Assembly: GCA_965214705.1 (NCBI GenBank)
Contig: CBDCCI010000001.1
Coordinates: 160,001-224,000, forward strand
Length of the DNA: 64,000 bases
From: Alphaproteobacteria bacterium
GTDB taxonomy: Bacteria > Pseudomonadota > Alphaproteobacteria > UBA828
Reading direction: 5' to 3'
In this document: in pieces, positions 1-7,898 of the stretch
How the letters are laid out: each line of letters opens with the position of its first letter
Position numbering within the stretch: position 1 is the stretch's first letter
Made by a program: the position numbers and the translations under genes
Notes under the pieces: model-generated
What the model was told of the DNA's origin: nothing
Database searches by the model: none
Seen by the model: only the letters and a program-made list of their open reading frames with translations

Positions 1-681
1 GATCACGACGCGCTCGTCGCGGCGGCGGAGGCAGCCTTCACAGCCCTGCCGGAAGGCCCGGTGCCGGCGCCTGCGGCTGCGGTCTATAGCGGCGGCGATT
101 GCCGCATCGCGCGCGATCTGGAGCAGGCGCACCTGCTGATAGGCTTCGACGGCCTCGCCTACGACGACGACGATTTCTACGCGCTGCAGGTGATGTCGAC
201 GTTGCTCGGCGGCGGCATGTCGTCGCGGCTCTTCCAGGAGATCCGGGAGCGACGCGGCCTCGCTTATTCAGTCTTCACCTTCGCCTCCAGCTACGCGGAC
301 GGCGGCATCTTCGGCGTCTATGCCGGCGCGGGCGAGGACGAGCTTGCGGAGCTGATCCCGGTGATGTCGGACGAGCTGGTCAACGCGTGCGCCACGGTGG
401 GCGACGAGGAGGTCGCCCGCGCCCGCGCCCAGCTCAAGGCCGGGCTGCTGATGTCCCTCGAGAGCACCCAGGCGCGGGCGGAGCGGCTGGGCCGCCATAT
501 TCTACTGTTCGGCAGGCCGCTCACGGTCGCGGAGTTGATCGAGCGCGTCGATGCAGTCGACCGCGAGGCGGTACAGCGCACCGCGTGCCGCATCCTGCAG
601 GGTGGCCGGCCCACGGTCGCCGCGCTCGGCCCCATCGCAAGGCTTGAAGGTCATGACTCGATCGCCGCCCGCTTCGCCTGA
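1..681 (+). CDS. M16B family zinc peptidase (MPP-like), C-terminal part; 5' truncated by window edge
   Basis: Frame open from base 1; motifs DLEQAHLLIGF, LGGGMSSRLFQEIRERRGLAYSV and ARAQLKAGLLMSLES are typical of the M16 C-terminal domain. Confidence 0.92.
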   Translation, partial: DHDALVAAAEAAFTALPEGPVPAPAAAVYSGGDCRIARDLEQAHLLIGFDGLAYDDDDFYALQVMSTLLGGGMSSRLFQEIRERRGLAYSVFTFASSYADGGIFGVYAGAGEDELAELIPVMSDELVNACATVGDEEVARARAQLKAGLLMSLESTQARAERLGRHILLFGRPLTVAELIERVDAVDREAVQRTACRILQGGRPTVAALGPIARLEGHDSIAARFA

Positions 682-706
682 GCCGATCGGGCGGCCGCCA
701 GATGCC

Positions 707-952
707 GTGCCCGATGTTCGGCCCGGTGCGGACGAGACGCTCGACGTGCGCGGCCTGATGTGCCCGCTGCCGGTGCTCAAGGCGCGAAAGGCATTGAAGC
801 GCCTCGCCCCCGGCGCGACGCTGGAGGTGCTCGCGACCGACCCGGCGGCGGTGATCGACTTCAAGCACTTTTGCGAGACCACGCCGTTCGAGCTCCAGGG
901 CTGGCAAGAGGACGCCGGCATCTACGCGTTCAGGATCAGGGTGCCCGGCTGA
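707..952 (+). CDS. TusA/SirA family sulfur-carrier protein
   Basis: LDVRGLMCPLPVLKARKAL (CPxP motif), LEVLATDP..DFKHFC; probable GTG start at 707; its TGA overlaps the next ATG. Confidence 0.85.
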   Translation: MPDVRPGADETLDVRGLMCPLPVLKARKALKRLAPGATLEVLATDPAAVIDFKHFCETTPFELQGWQEDAGIYAFRIRVPG

Positions 953-1536
953 TGGCGTTCCTCCGCCCCGCCAACGATTCCGCGCGCGAGGCGACGGTGG
1001 AGACGCGCTCGCTCTACCTCCGACCGCCACAGATGCGGGATTGGCGGGCCTGGGCCGAGCTCCGGGCGCTCTCGCGCGAGTTCCTGAGCCCATGGGAGCC
1101 GACCTGGCCGAGCGACGCGCTGACCCGCAGCGCCTTTCGCCGGCGCATCCGCCGCCAGTTGCGCGACGGCCAGGACGATCTGGGCTACGCCTTCTTCCTG
1201 TTCCGCCGCAGGGACGACACGCTGCTCGGCGGGATGACTCTCAGCAACGTGCAGCGGGGAGCCGCGCAATCGTGCAGCGTCGGCTACTGGATCGGACGGC
1301 CCCATGCGCAGCATGGCCACATGAGCGAGGCGCTCACCGGCCTGCTCGGCCATTGCTTCGGGCCGCTCGGCCTGCACCGGGTCGAGGCCGCGTGCATGCC
1401 GAAGAACACCGCCAGCCGAAAGCTGCTGGAGAAGACCGGGTTCCGCTGCGAGGGGTACGCGCGCGCCTACCTCAAGATCGCAGGCCAGTGGCAGGATCAC
1501 CTGCTTTACGCGACGATCGCGCCGCGCAGACCGTGA
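952..1536 (+). CDS. rimJ: RimJ/RimL family GNAT N-acetyltransferase
   Basis: ATG at 952 (TGATG coupling); FLSPWEPTW, GYWIG, LHRVEAACMPKNTASRKLLEKTGF, YLKIAGQWQDH. Confidence 0.85.
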   Translation: MAFLRPANDSAREATVETRSLYLRPPQMRDWRAWAELRALSREFLSPWEPTWPSDALTRSAFRRRIRRQLRDGQDDLGYAFFLFRRRDDTLLGGMTLSNVQRGAAQSCSVGYWIGRPHAQHGHMSEALTGLLGHCFGPLGLHRVEAACMPKNTASRKLLEKTGFRCEGYARAYLKIAGQWQDHLLYATIAPRRP

Positions 1537-1555
1537 GCGTGGCGGGAAGTCTTGA

Positions 1556-2140
1556 CTAAGCTCGGCCGGCGAAGCCCGAGAGGTTGCCGGGGTCGAACCC
1601 GAGGCGGCCGACGGCACGCTCCCACTTGGCGTCCTGGGCCTCGTCGAAGACCAGCTCTTCGTCCGCCGGCACGGTGAGCCAGCCGTTCTCCTGAATCTCG
1701 CGGTCGAGCTGGCCCGGCGCCCAGCCGGCATAACCCAAAGCCAGCATGCTGAGGCGTGGGCCGCGGCCTTCGGCCATGGCCTTCAGAACATCGATGGTGG
1801 CGGTCAGCGAGAAGCCGTCATCCACTTGCATGGTGGCTTCGTGGGTGTAGTCGGTGGAGTGGAGGACGAAGCCGCGCGCGGCCTCGACCGGGCCGCCGAA
1901 ATGCACCGGGATGGGCTTGCTTTCCTGCGCGGGCTCGATTTCGAGCTGCTCGAGCAGGTCCGAGAAGCTGAGCGATTCGAGGAGCTTGTTGACGACGAGG
2001 CCCATCGCGCCGTCTTCCGAATGGGCGCACATGTAGATGACGGTGTGCGCGAAGCGCGGGTCCGCCATCGTCGGCATGGCGACCAGCAACTGCCCCTCCA
2101 GATAGGGACCCGCGCCTTGCTCGCCGCCACTGTTCATCAC
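1556..2140 (-). CDS. YqgE/AlgH (DUF179) family protein
   Basis: GQLLVAMPTMADPRF, GAMGLVVN, GGPVEAARGFVLH, LGYAGWAPGQLDREIQENGWL. Confidence 0.93.
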   Translation of the reverse strand: MMNSGGEQGAGPYLEGQLLVAMPTMADPRFAHTVIYMCAHSEDGAMGLVVNKLLESLSFSDLLEQLEIEPAQESKPIPVHFGGPVEAARGFVLHSTDYTHEATMQVDDGFSLTATIDVLKAMAEGRGPRLSMLALGYAGWAPGQLDREIQENGWLTVPADEELVFDEAQDAKWERAVGRLGFDPGNLSGFAGRA

Positions 2141-2291
2141 ACCAATCCTTGAGCCGCCGGGCTCGTCCCGATCATCGCAAAGCGGCGCGGGGGTGACAAC
2201 CGAATGTCGTGCTCGCGTTTGATGGCGCTCCGTCCTTGCGATGAGGTAGCGCCATTCCGTTGGAATGAAAGGAGCCGCCGAGAAACCCCAG

Positions 2292-2305
2292 TTGAACGAA
2301 GCCGC
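2292..2305. repeat. Left inverted repeat of the element
   Basis: TTGAACGAAGCCGC is the exact reverse complement of 4898-4911. Confidence 0.85.
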
Positions 2306-2522
2306 TACGCGGAGTTAGCGGCGTAGAGTTCATTCATTTCCGAGGCGTCGCGGGTGCCGTTTGTTCTGTGCGTTCGCTTCCCGGTTGCGTCAGTGGCGCT
2401 CCGCCCGTCGGGTGGCGGATCCCCAGCAGCCTCCCGATCACCAGTGGTTAGCATCGACCCCTGCGACGGACCGTCGCCGGATCGGTCCGGCGGCGCGCCG
2501 TCGCGATCCAGGGAGATCGATA

Positions 2523-3401
2523 ATGACCGGGACCGCGTGCGACACGAACACCGTCACCCCTCTTCGCCAGCGCATGGAGGAGCAGCTCCGCATCGCCAAT
2601 CTGGCCGCGAGCACGTCCAAGGCCTACATCTGCGAGATCAAGAACCTGGCCAGGTACTACGACGCCTCGCCGGACGAGCTCGACGCCGAGCAGGTGCGCC
2701 AGTGGTACCTGGGGCGGATCGACAAGGGGCTCAGTCCGGGCACGACCAACGTCTCCTTCGCCGCGCTGAACTTCCTCTACATCGACACACTCGGCTGGCC
2801 TGACCATGTCGCCGGCCTGCGCTCCCGCAAGAAGCCCGGCAAGCTGCCGCGCTACATGTCGGAGCAGGAGGTCGAGCACCTCATCCTTGCGACACCCGAC
2901 CTCCGCCACCGTGCTGCCATTGTCACCGGCTATGGCGGCGGGCTCCGCATCTCCGAGACCTTGGCCATCAAGGTCGGCGACATCCTGTCGGAGAAGAAGC
3001 TGCTGCACATCCCCTCCGGCAAAGGCGGCACCGAGAGAATGGCACCGTTGCCGGACATCGTCATCCACTACTTGCGCGTCTACTACAGGAACATCTGGCC
3101 GCGTCCGACGAACTGGCTCTTCTACGGCGTCTCGCTCGACAGGCCCATCGCAACGGAGACCTTGCAGGCCGCCTTCAGGAGGGCGCGCGACATTGCCGAG
3201 CTCGACCGCAGCTACACCTTCCATTGCCTGCGCCATTCGGCGGCGACCCATCTCCTCGAGCGCGGCGGCGATATCGAGGTGATCCGGGACATGCTCGGCC
3301 ATCGAAGCGCGAACACGACCCGTCACTACGCCCGCGTCACCGGCAAGATGTTCGAGGGCCTCGACCACCCGATCTCAGGCTTCGCAGCGTTGCGCAACTG
3401 A
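2523..3401 (+). CDS. Tyrosine recombinase/integrase with N-terminal SAM-like domain
   Basis: Full catalytic set: GLRISE (R), SGKGG (K), HCLRH (HxxR), LGH, TTRHY (Y); ATG at 2523 after GGGAG. Confidence 0.93.
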   Translation: MTGTACDTNTVTPLRQRMEEQLRIANLAASTSKAYICEIKNLARYYDASPDELDAEQVRQWYLGRIDKGLSPGTTNVSFAALNFLYIDTLGWPDHVAGLRSRKKPGKLPRYMSEQEVEHLILATPDLRHRAAIVTGYGGGLRISETLAIKVGDILSEKKLLHIPSGKGGTERMAPLPDIVIHYLRVYYRNIWPRPTNWLFYGVSLDRPIATETLQAAFRRARDIAELDRSYTFHCLRHSAATHLLERGGDIEVIRDMLGHRSANTTRHYARVTGKMFEGLDHPISGFAALRN

Positions 3402-3407
3402 CGGCGC

Positions 3408-4649
3408 GTGGAGGCCGAACGCGCGGGCGTGGCGGAGATCTTCCGCCGCGCCGGCGCCGCTTTCCGTGAGCGCCACAAAGGGCGCATCGACGCCGCCCGG
3501 CTCAAGGTCATGGGCGCCATCGAGGCGTGCCGCACCGCCGTGCTCGGCGGCCACATGTACGCCTGCGAGGGCTGCGGGCGCGAGCATCCGCTCTTCAACT
3601 CCTGCCGCAACCGCCACTGCCCCACCTGCCAGGGTCTCGCCGCCAACCTCTGGAGCGAGGAGCGCGCCGGGGACATCCTGCCGGTGCCCTACTTCCATGT
3701 GGTCTTCACCCTGCCCAAGGAGGTTGCCGCCATTGCCTTCTGCAACCGCAGGGTGGTGTTCGACATCCTCTTCCGGGCCGTCGCCGAGACCCTGCGCACC
3801 ATCGCCGCCGATCCCCGCCACGGCGGCATGCGCATCGGCGGCACCGCGGTCCTCCATACCTGGGATCAGAAGCTCCGCTTCCACCCGCACCTGCACGTGG
3901 TCGTGCCCAACGCGGGCTTCGACGTAGACAGTGGCGAGTGGAAGACGGGGAGCACCACCTTCCTCGCCCCCGTCAAGGTCCTCGGCAGCCTGTTCCGCCG
4001 CCTCTTCCTCAAGGAGCTCGCCCGCGCCCACGGCCGGGGGGACCTGGAGTTCCACGGCACCCTCGCCCACCTCGCCAATCCCGGCGAGTTCCACGCCACG
4101 CTTGCCGCCGCCCGGGCCAGGGACTGGGTGGTCTACGCCAAGCGGCCCTTCCGCGGGCCTGAGCAGGTCTTCCGGTACCTCTCGCACTACACGCACAGGA
4201 TCGCCATCTCCGACAGCCGCATCGTCTCCTTCGACGGCGAGACGGTCTCCTTCCGCCACCGAAAGCCCAAGGCGCCGGGGCAGAGAAAGCCGCGCTACGG
4301 CATCGCCACCGTGAGCGCCGACGAGTTCATCCGCCGCTTCCTGAGGCACGTCCTGCCGGACGGCATGCACCGCATTCGCTACTTCGGCATCCTCGCCAAC
4401 GGCTGCCGCGCCAGCACGCTGGAGAGAGCACGCCAGGCTCTCGGCGCCCTCGGCTGCGCCGCCCCCGAGGGAAGCGTGGACGGCGCTCAGGCCGAGCCCG
4501 ACGAAGAGCCCGAGATCGGCACCGCGCCCGTGGCCTGCCCCCACTGCGGCGGCGTCATGCGCCTCGTCCGCGAAATCCGCCGCCGCCATGAGCCCCGCTC
4601 GACGCGCGGCCCGCCGGCGCTGCCGCCGACCCACAGGGGGAAACCGTGA
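3408..4649 (+). CDS. IS91 family (Y2) rolling-circle transposase with Zn-binding domain
   Basis: CEGC..SCRNRHCPTCQ Zn motif, YFHVVFTLP, HUH motif HPHLH, YLSHY (YxxxY), RIRYFGILAN, C-terminal CPHCGG. Confidence 0.93.
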   Translation: MEAERAGVAEIFRRAGAAFRERHKGRIDAARLKVMGAIEACRTAVLGGHMYACEGCGREHPLFNSCRNRHCPTCQGLAANLWSEERAGDILPVPYFHVVFTLPKEVAAIAFCNRRVVFDILFRAVAETLRTIAADPRHGGMRIGGTAVLHTWDQKLRFHPHLHVVVPNAGFDVDSGEWKTGSTTFLAPVKVLGSLFRRLFLKELARAHGRGDLEFHGTLAHLANPGEFHATLAAARARDWVVYAKRPFRGPEQVFRYLSHYTHRIAISDSRIVSFDGETVSFRHRKPKAPGQRKPRYGIATVSADEFIRRFLRHVLPDGMHRIRYFGILANGCRASTLERARQALGALGCAAPEGSVDGAQAEPDEEPEIGTAPVACPHCGGVMRLVREIRRRHEPRSTRGPPALPPTHRGKP

Positions 4650-4897
4650 GACGCCCGCTCGCTTCGGCCCCGCGCAACGGCGCCAAAGCGCCGACGCACG
4701 ACCGAACCTGTCTCCGCTTGAGCCGGGCTGACAGCCCTCGGCTCACACCCCGCTCAGTCCTCGCAGCGTGCGCCCGCATGCCTGCCGAAAGACCGGCGCG
4801 AGCGTCGATTTTATGCGCAACTCTGCTGCCGGTGGATGCCGCCTGACGCTGACATCAGCGCACTTTCCACATAGCTCAACTTCGCCTCTCGTGGCCC

Positions 4898-4911
4898 GCG
4901 GCTTCGTTCAA
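4898..4911. repeat. Right inverted repeat of the element
   Basis: GCGGCTTCGTTCAA. Confidence 0.85.
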
Positions 4912-4953
4912 AAGGGTTGGGCAGGCTCTCGAGAGAGAGCCTGCCCAACCCTT
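4912..4953. repeat. Perfect 19-bp hairpin with GAGA loop
   Basis: AAGGGTTGGGCAGGCTCTC-GAGA-GAGAGCCTGCCCAACCCTT. Confidence 0.9.
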
Positions 4954-5048
4954 AACCTTTGTCGGTCACCTGTGGCCGGCAAATTCGCTTGTTGGACACT
5001 TTTGCTCAAAAGTGGCCAACAACGAGTGTTGTTGGCCATGGATGACCG

Positions 5049-6164
5049 TCAAATCTCCGCCTCGCTATCCGTGAGGCTCAGGAGGTCGGGGAACGCGAGA
5101 ACGGACGTTCGACGGCCGCTACCAGGGACTAAGACCTGAAGAACGTTGCCTTCGCACAGAGCGTCCAGAATTCGCCGCGCTGTTCTTCCGGACATGCCGG
5201 TCCCGGCCGCGAAGTCGGAAGCTCTGAATATCGGGTGCCCGAAAATCCAGTCCAACGAGTGGATCGCGTAGCGAGAACGGGTCAGTTCCGGCACGCGACG
5301 CTTCAAGTCCTCGTAAAGGGAAATGATGCCCTTTGCCTTGGTCAGGTTGTCCTCGGCCTGCAATCGCACGGCTTCCAAGAAAAATCTGCACCATCCGGTC
5401 CAATCATCGTCGCGAGAGACGGCGAGCAGACTATCGTAATAGCCGTCGCGGTGAACCTCGAAGTAAGCGCTAATGTAGAACGTCGGCTCTCGGATAAGCC
5501 CGTCTTGCCAAAGCAGCAACGGCACCAGCATCCGCCCGAGCCGCCCATTACCGTCGAGGAACGGATGCAGAGCCTCGAATTCGGCGTGCAGGATTGCGAG
5601 CTTGATCAGCCGGTCGGGGGACTCCTGATGGATGTATCGTTCCCACGCGCTCATTGCGTCTGGAAGCCTATCCGCTCCGATGGGAACAAACTTGGCCTCT
5701 TCAAGGGAGCAGCCAAGTGCTCCGATCCAGTTCGGAGTTTTCCGGTACTCGCCCGGCAACTTGCCCTCGCCGCGTACCCTGGAAAGCAGCACGGAATGCG
5801 CTTCGCGGATCACTCGTTGTGACAGCGGCAGCTTCCCCAACATCTCTTCCGCCCGTCGCATCGCGGCACGGTAGTTGAGCACCTCCCAAATATCGTCACG
5901 ACGTGCGGGCGAATCGGGCTCCTGTCCGGCCTCGAACCCGAGGACTTCACCCATCGTCGCTTGGGTACCTTCAATGCGAGAGGAGAGCACTGCCTCTCGA
6001 GTCATCAAGGGAGCCAGCAAGATACGTGGATTCGGAATGGCAGCGAGCGTTCCGTCGTAGCGCGCCACCGCGGCCGCCGCGGGACCGATGAACGGAATCA
6101 GCGCAGGCCAGTCCAGGCGTCCCTCGGGTGGGAATCGGCCCGTGTGGTAGTAGACCGGCGCCAT
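5049..6164 (-). CDS. Fic family protein (class II, N-terminal inhibitory motif, probable C-terminal HTH)
   Basis: Fic motif HPFLDGNGRLGR; inhibitory SSRIEG; start MAPVYYHTG at 6164; visibly more AT-rich than its neighbours. Confidence 0.92.
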   Translation of the reverse strand: MAPVYYHTGRFPPEGRLDWPALIPFIGPAAAAVARYDGTLAAIPNPRILLAPLMTREAVLSSRIEGTQATMGEVLGFEAGQEPDSPARRDDIWEVLNYRAAMRRAEEMLGKLPLSQRVIREAHSVLLSRVRGEGKLPGEYRKTPNWIGALGCSLEEAKFVPIGADRLPDAMSAWERYIHQESPDRLIKLAILHAEFEALHPFLDGNGRLGRMLVPLLLWQDGLIREPTFYISAYFEVHRDGYYDSLLAVSRDDDWTGWCRFFLEAVRLQAEDNLTKAKGIISLYEDLKRRVPELTRSRYAIHSLDWIFGHPIFRASDFAAGTGMSGRTARRILDALCEGNVLQVLVPGSGRRTSVLAFPDLLSLTDSEAEI

Positions 6165-6236
6165 CGATACTCTCCGAACCCGAGTCTTTCCGAGCCGACG
6201 ATAGCACGCGTTCGCCCAAGCGCACGGCAAGGAAAG

Positions 6237-6264
6237 CGCCCCGCCCGGTTGCCCGGACGGGGCG
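6237..6264 (-). terminator. Probable intrinsic terminator of the substrate-binding protein gene
   Basis: Minus strand CGCCCCGTCCGG-GCAA-CCGGGCGGGGCG followed by CTTTCC, about 100 bp past the stop at 6361. Confidence 0.45.
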
Positions 6265-6360
6265 ATGGTCTCAACGCAGAGGAGCGAGGCTAAAACGCTG
6301 GCGCCGCAGCCCCCTCCCGTCGTTACACCCGTCTAGCGGGCGCTATCGTTCCACACTCGT

Positions 6361-7578
6361 TCAGCGGGCGATGTACTCGTAACGCTTGCCGAACAGCACA
6401 TCCATGGGCACCGGCTCCGAAATGGTCCAGGAGTCGACGACCGCCGGCTGATTGTTGGTGGTCTCCACGATCAGGTACGGCGCGAAGTTCTGATGGTGGA
6501 GCTGGTCCGTGAAGGTGCGCGTGCCGACCAGCACCGGCTCCTCGCGGAAGCTCTCCAGCGCCTCGACGACGGCGTCGGAATCGAAGGTGCCGGCCTTCTC
6601 GACGGCCTTGGCCCACATCTCGAAGACCACGTAGCCAGGGAAGGCGTACTGGTTGTTCACCGGCTCGCCGAACTTGGCCTCGTACTTCTTGAGGAACTCC
6701 TGCACCGCCGGGCGCGGATCGTCGCCATAGATCGAGGCCTGCTCGGGCACGAAGTGGCCAGAGAGACCAGGCACTGAATCCTGCCAGTAGACGCCCGTCA
6801 TGGAACTGCCGCCGCCGATGGGGGCAGTGATACCTGCCGCGCGGATCTGCTTGATCGCGCTCGCCCCGCCGGGAATGTAGCTGCAGTTCTCGATGATGTC
6901 GGGCTCTTCGGGCAGCGCCCTGATGCGGTCGACTTGCGCCTGAATGCTGGGATCGTCGTTCTGGTAGACGTCGTGGCCGACGACCTCGCCGCCGAGCACC
7001 TCGCGCCACATCCAGTCGAAGCCGTAGCAGATGCCCTTGTTGTACTCGAGAATGTCGTCGAGCAGGAGGTAGGCTGTGCGCCAGCCCTTCACCTTGTAAC
7101 CCCACTCGGCGATCGTGGCACCCTGCACCGCGGCGAGGATCGAGCTCGAGAACGAGTACTTGCCGATTCCCTGGATGCCGGCGAGCACGCTCTCCGCACA
7201 CAGGAAGATCGAAATCAGGCCTGCGTTCTGCGCCTGCAGCGCGGCGGGCGCGCCGAAGTCGTAGTCGCAATCCACCGCCATGGCGATGGCGCCATCGTTG
7301 ATGACGGAGATCCCGGCCTTGGCGCCTTCTGCACGCTCGGTCTTGGCGTCGGCGAAGACCGGCCTGATCTGCTTGCCGAGGAGGCCGCCCTTGGCGTTCC
7401 AGTCGTCGATCGCGATCAACGCGGCGTTGGTCGAGGGCCCGCTATAGGCCTGCATCCAGCCCGAATACGACGCGGCGAAGCCGAAGACGACCTCGTGGTC
7501 GTCCGCCACCGCCGGCGCGGCCGATACCGCGCCCAGCGCGAGTGCGCCGGCCGCAGCGATTGATGCAAGTTTTCTCAT
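6361..7578 (-). CDS. Branched-chain amino acid-type (LivJ-like) ABC substrate-binding protein
   Basis: Signal peptide MRKLASIAAAGALALGAVSAAPAVA; IDDWNAKGGLLGKQI; AVEKAGTFDSDAVVEALE. Confidence 0.88.
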   Translation of the reverse strand: MRKLASIAAAGALALGAVSAAPAVADDHEVVFGFAASYSGWMQAYSGPSTNAALIAIDDWNAKGGLLGKQIRPVFADAKTERAEGAKAGISVINDGAIAMAVDCDYDFGAPAALQAQNAGLISIFLCAESVLAGIQGIGKYSFSSSILAAVQGATIAEWGYKVKGWRTAYLLLDDILEYNKGICYGFDWMWREVLGGEVVGHDVYQNDDPSIQAQVDRIRALPEEPDIIENCSYIPGGASAIKQIRAAGITAPIGGGSSMTGVYWQDSVPGLSGHFVPEQASIYGDDPRPAVQEFLKKYEAKFGEPVNNQYAFPGYVVFEMWAKAVEKAGTFDSDAVVEALESFREEPVLVGTRTFTDQLHHQNFAPYLIVETTNNQPAVVDSWTISEPVPMDVLFGKRYEYIAR

Positions 7579-7898
7579 CCGAAGTGACCTCCCTCTCAAT
7601 GTCTCATGGCAAGTGCCAAGCACTCGGCGGAATGCCGAGCCCCCTAAACCGACGCATTGTCAATGCGGCGTCGGCTTTTGCAAGCCCGATTGCAGGGCCG
7701 GTCACGGGCCCAATCGAACGCAGACGAAAAGGTCAAGTGAATTCCGTAGGCCCGATCGAGAACGCCATGCGAATTCCCCGTTGATTCGCGACCCGGCGTT
7801 CGGTAGCTAACGAGGGAACTGCGGCTGTGCGGGCGCCCGTGCGGCCGCATCGTCCGCGCGGCGGCGCGTGCAGTGGTTTGGGCAACGGGGGGTGGCTG

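Larger units (their letters stand above)
2292..4911 (+). mobile_element. IS91-like element encoding a tyrosine recombinase and a Y2/HUH transposase
   Basis: Two mobility genes in tandem, bounded by perfect 14-bp inverted repeats TTGAACGAAGCCGC (2292-2305) and GCGGCTTCGTTCAA (4898-4911); true ends could lie a few bp further out. Confidence 0.85.

Noticed and set aside
4646-4846. 66-aa ORF whose GTG overlaps the transposase stop
   Set aside because: No recognisable features; it cannot be told from chance without homologue conservation.
2523-6164. Integron interpretation (integrase plus fic as a cassette, hairpins as attC)
   Set aside because: The recombinase lacks the IntI-specific insertion and is coupled to a Y2 transposase; the hairpins lack RYYYAAC/GTTRRRY attC ends.
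7607-7622. Possible sigma54 promoter TGGCAAGTGCCAAGCA
   Set aside because: GG-N10-GC spacing fits, but the -12 element lacks TTGC and it lies about 280 bp from the next plus-strand start.
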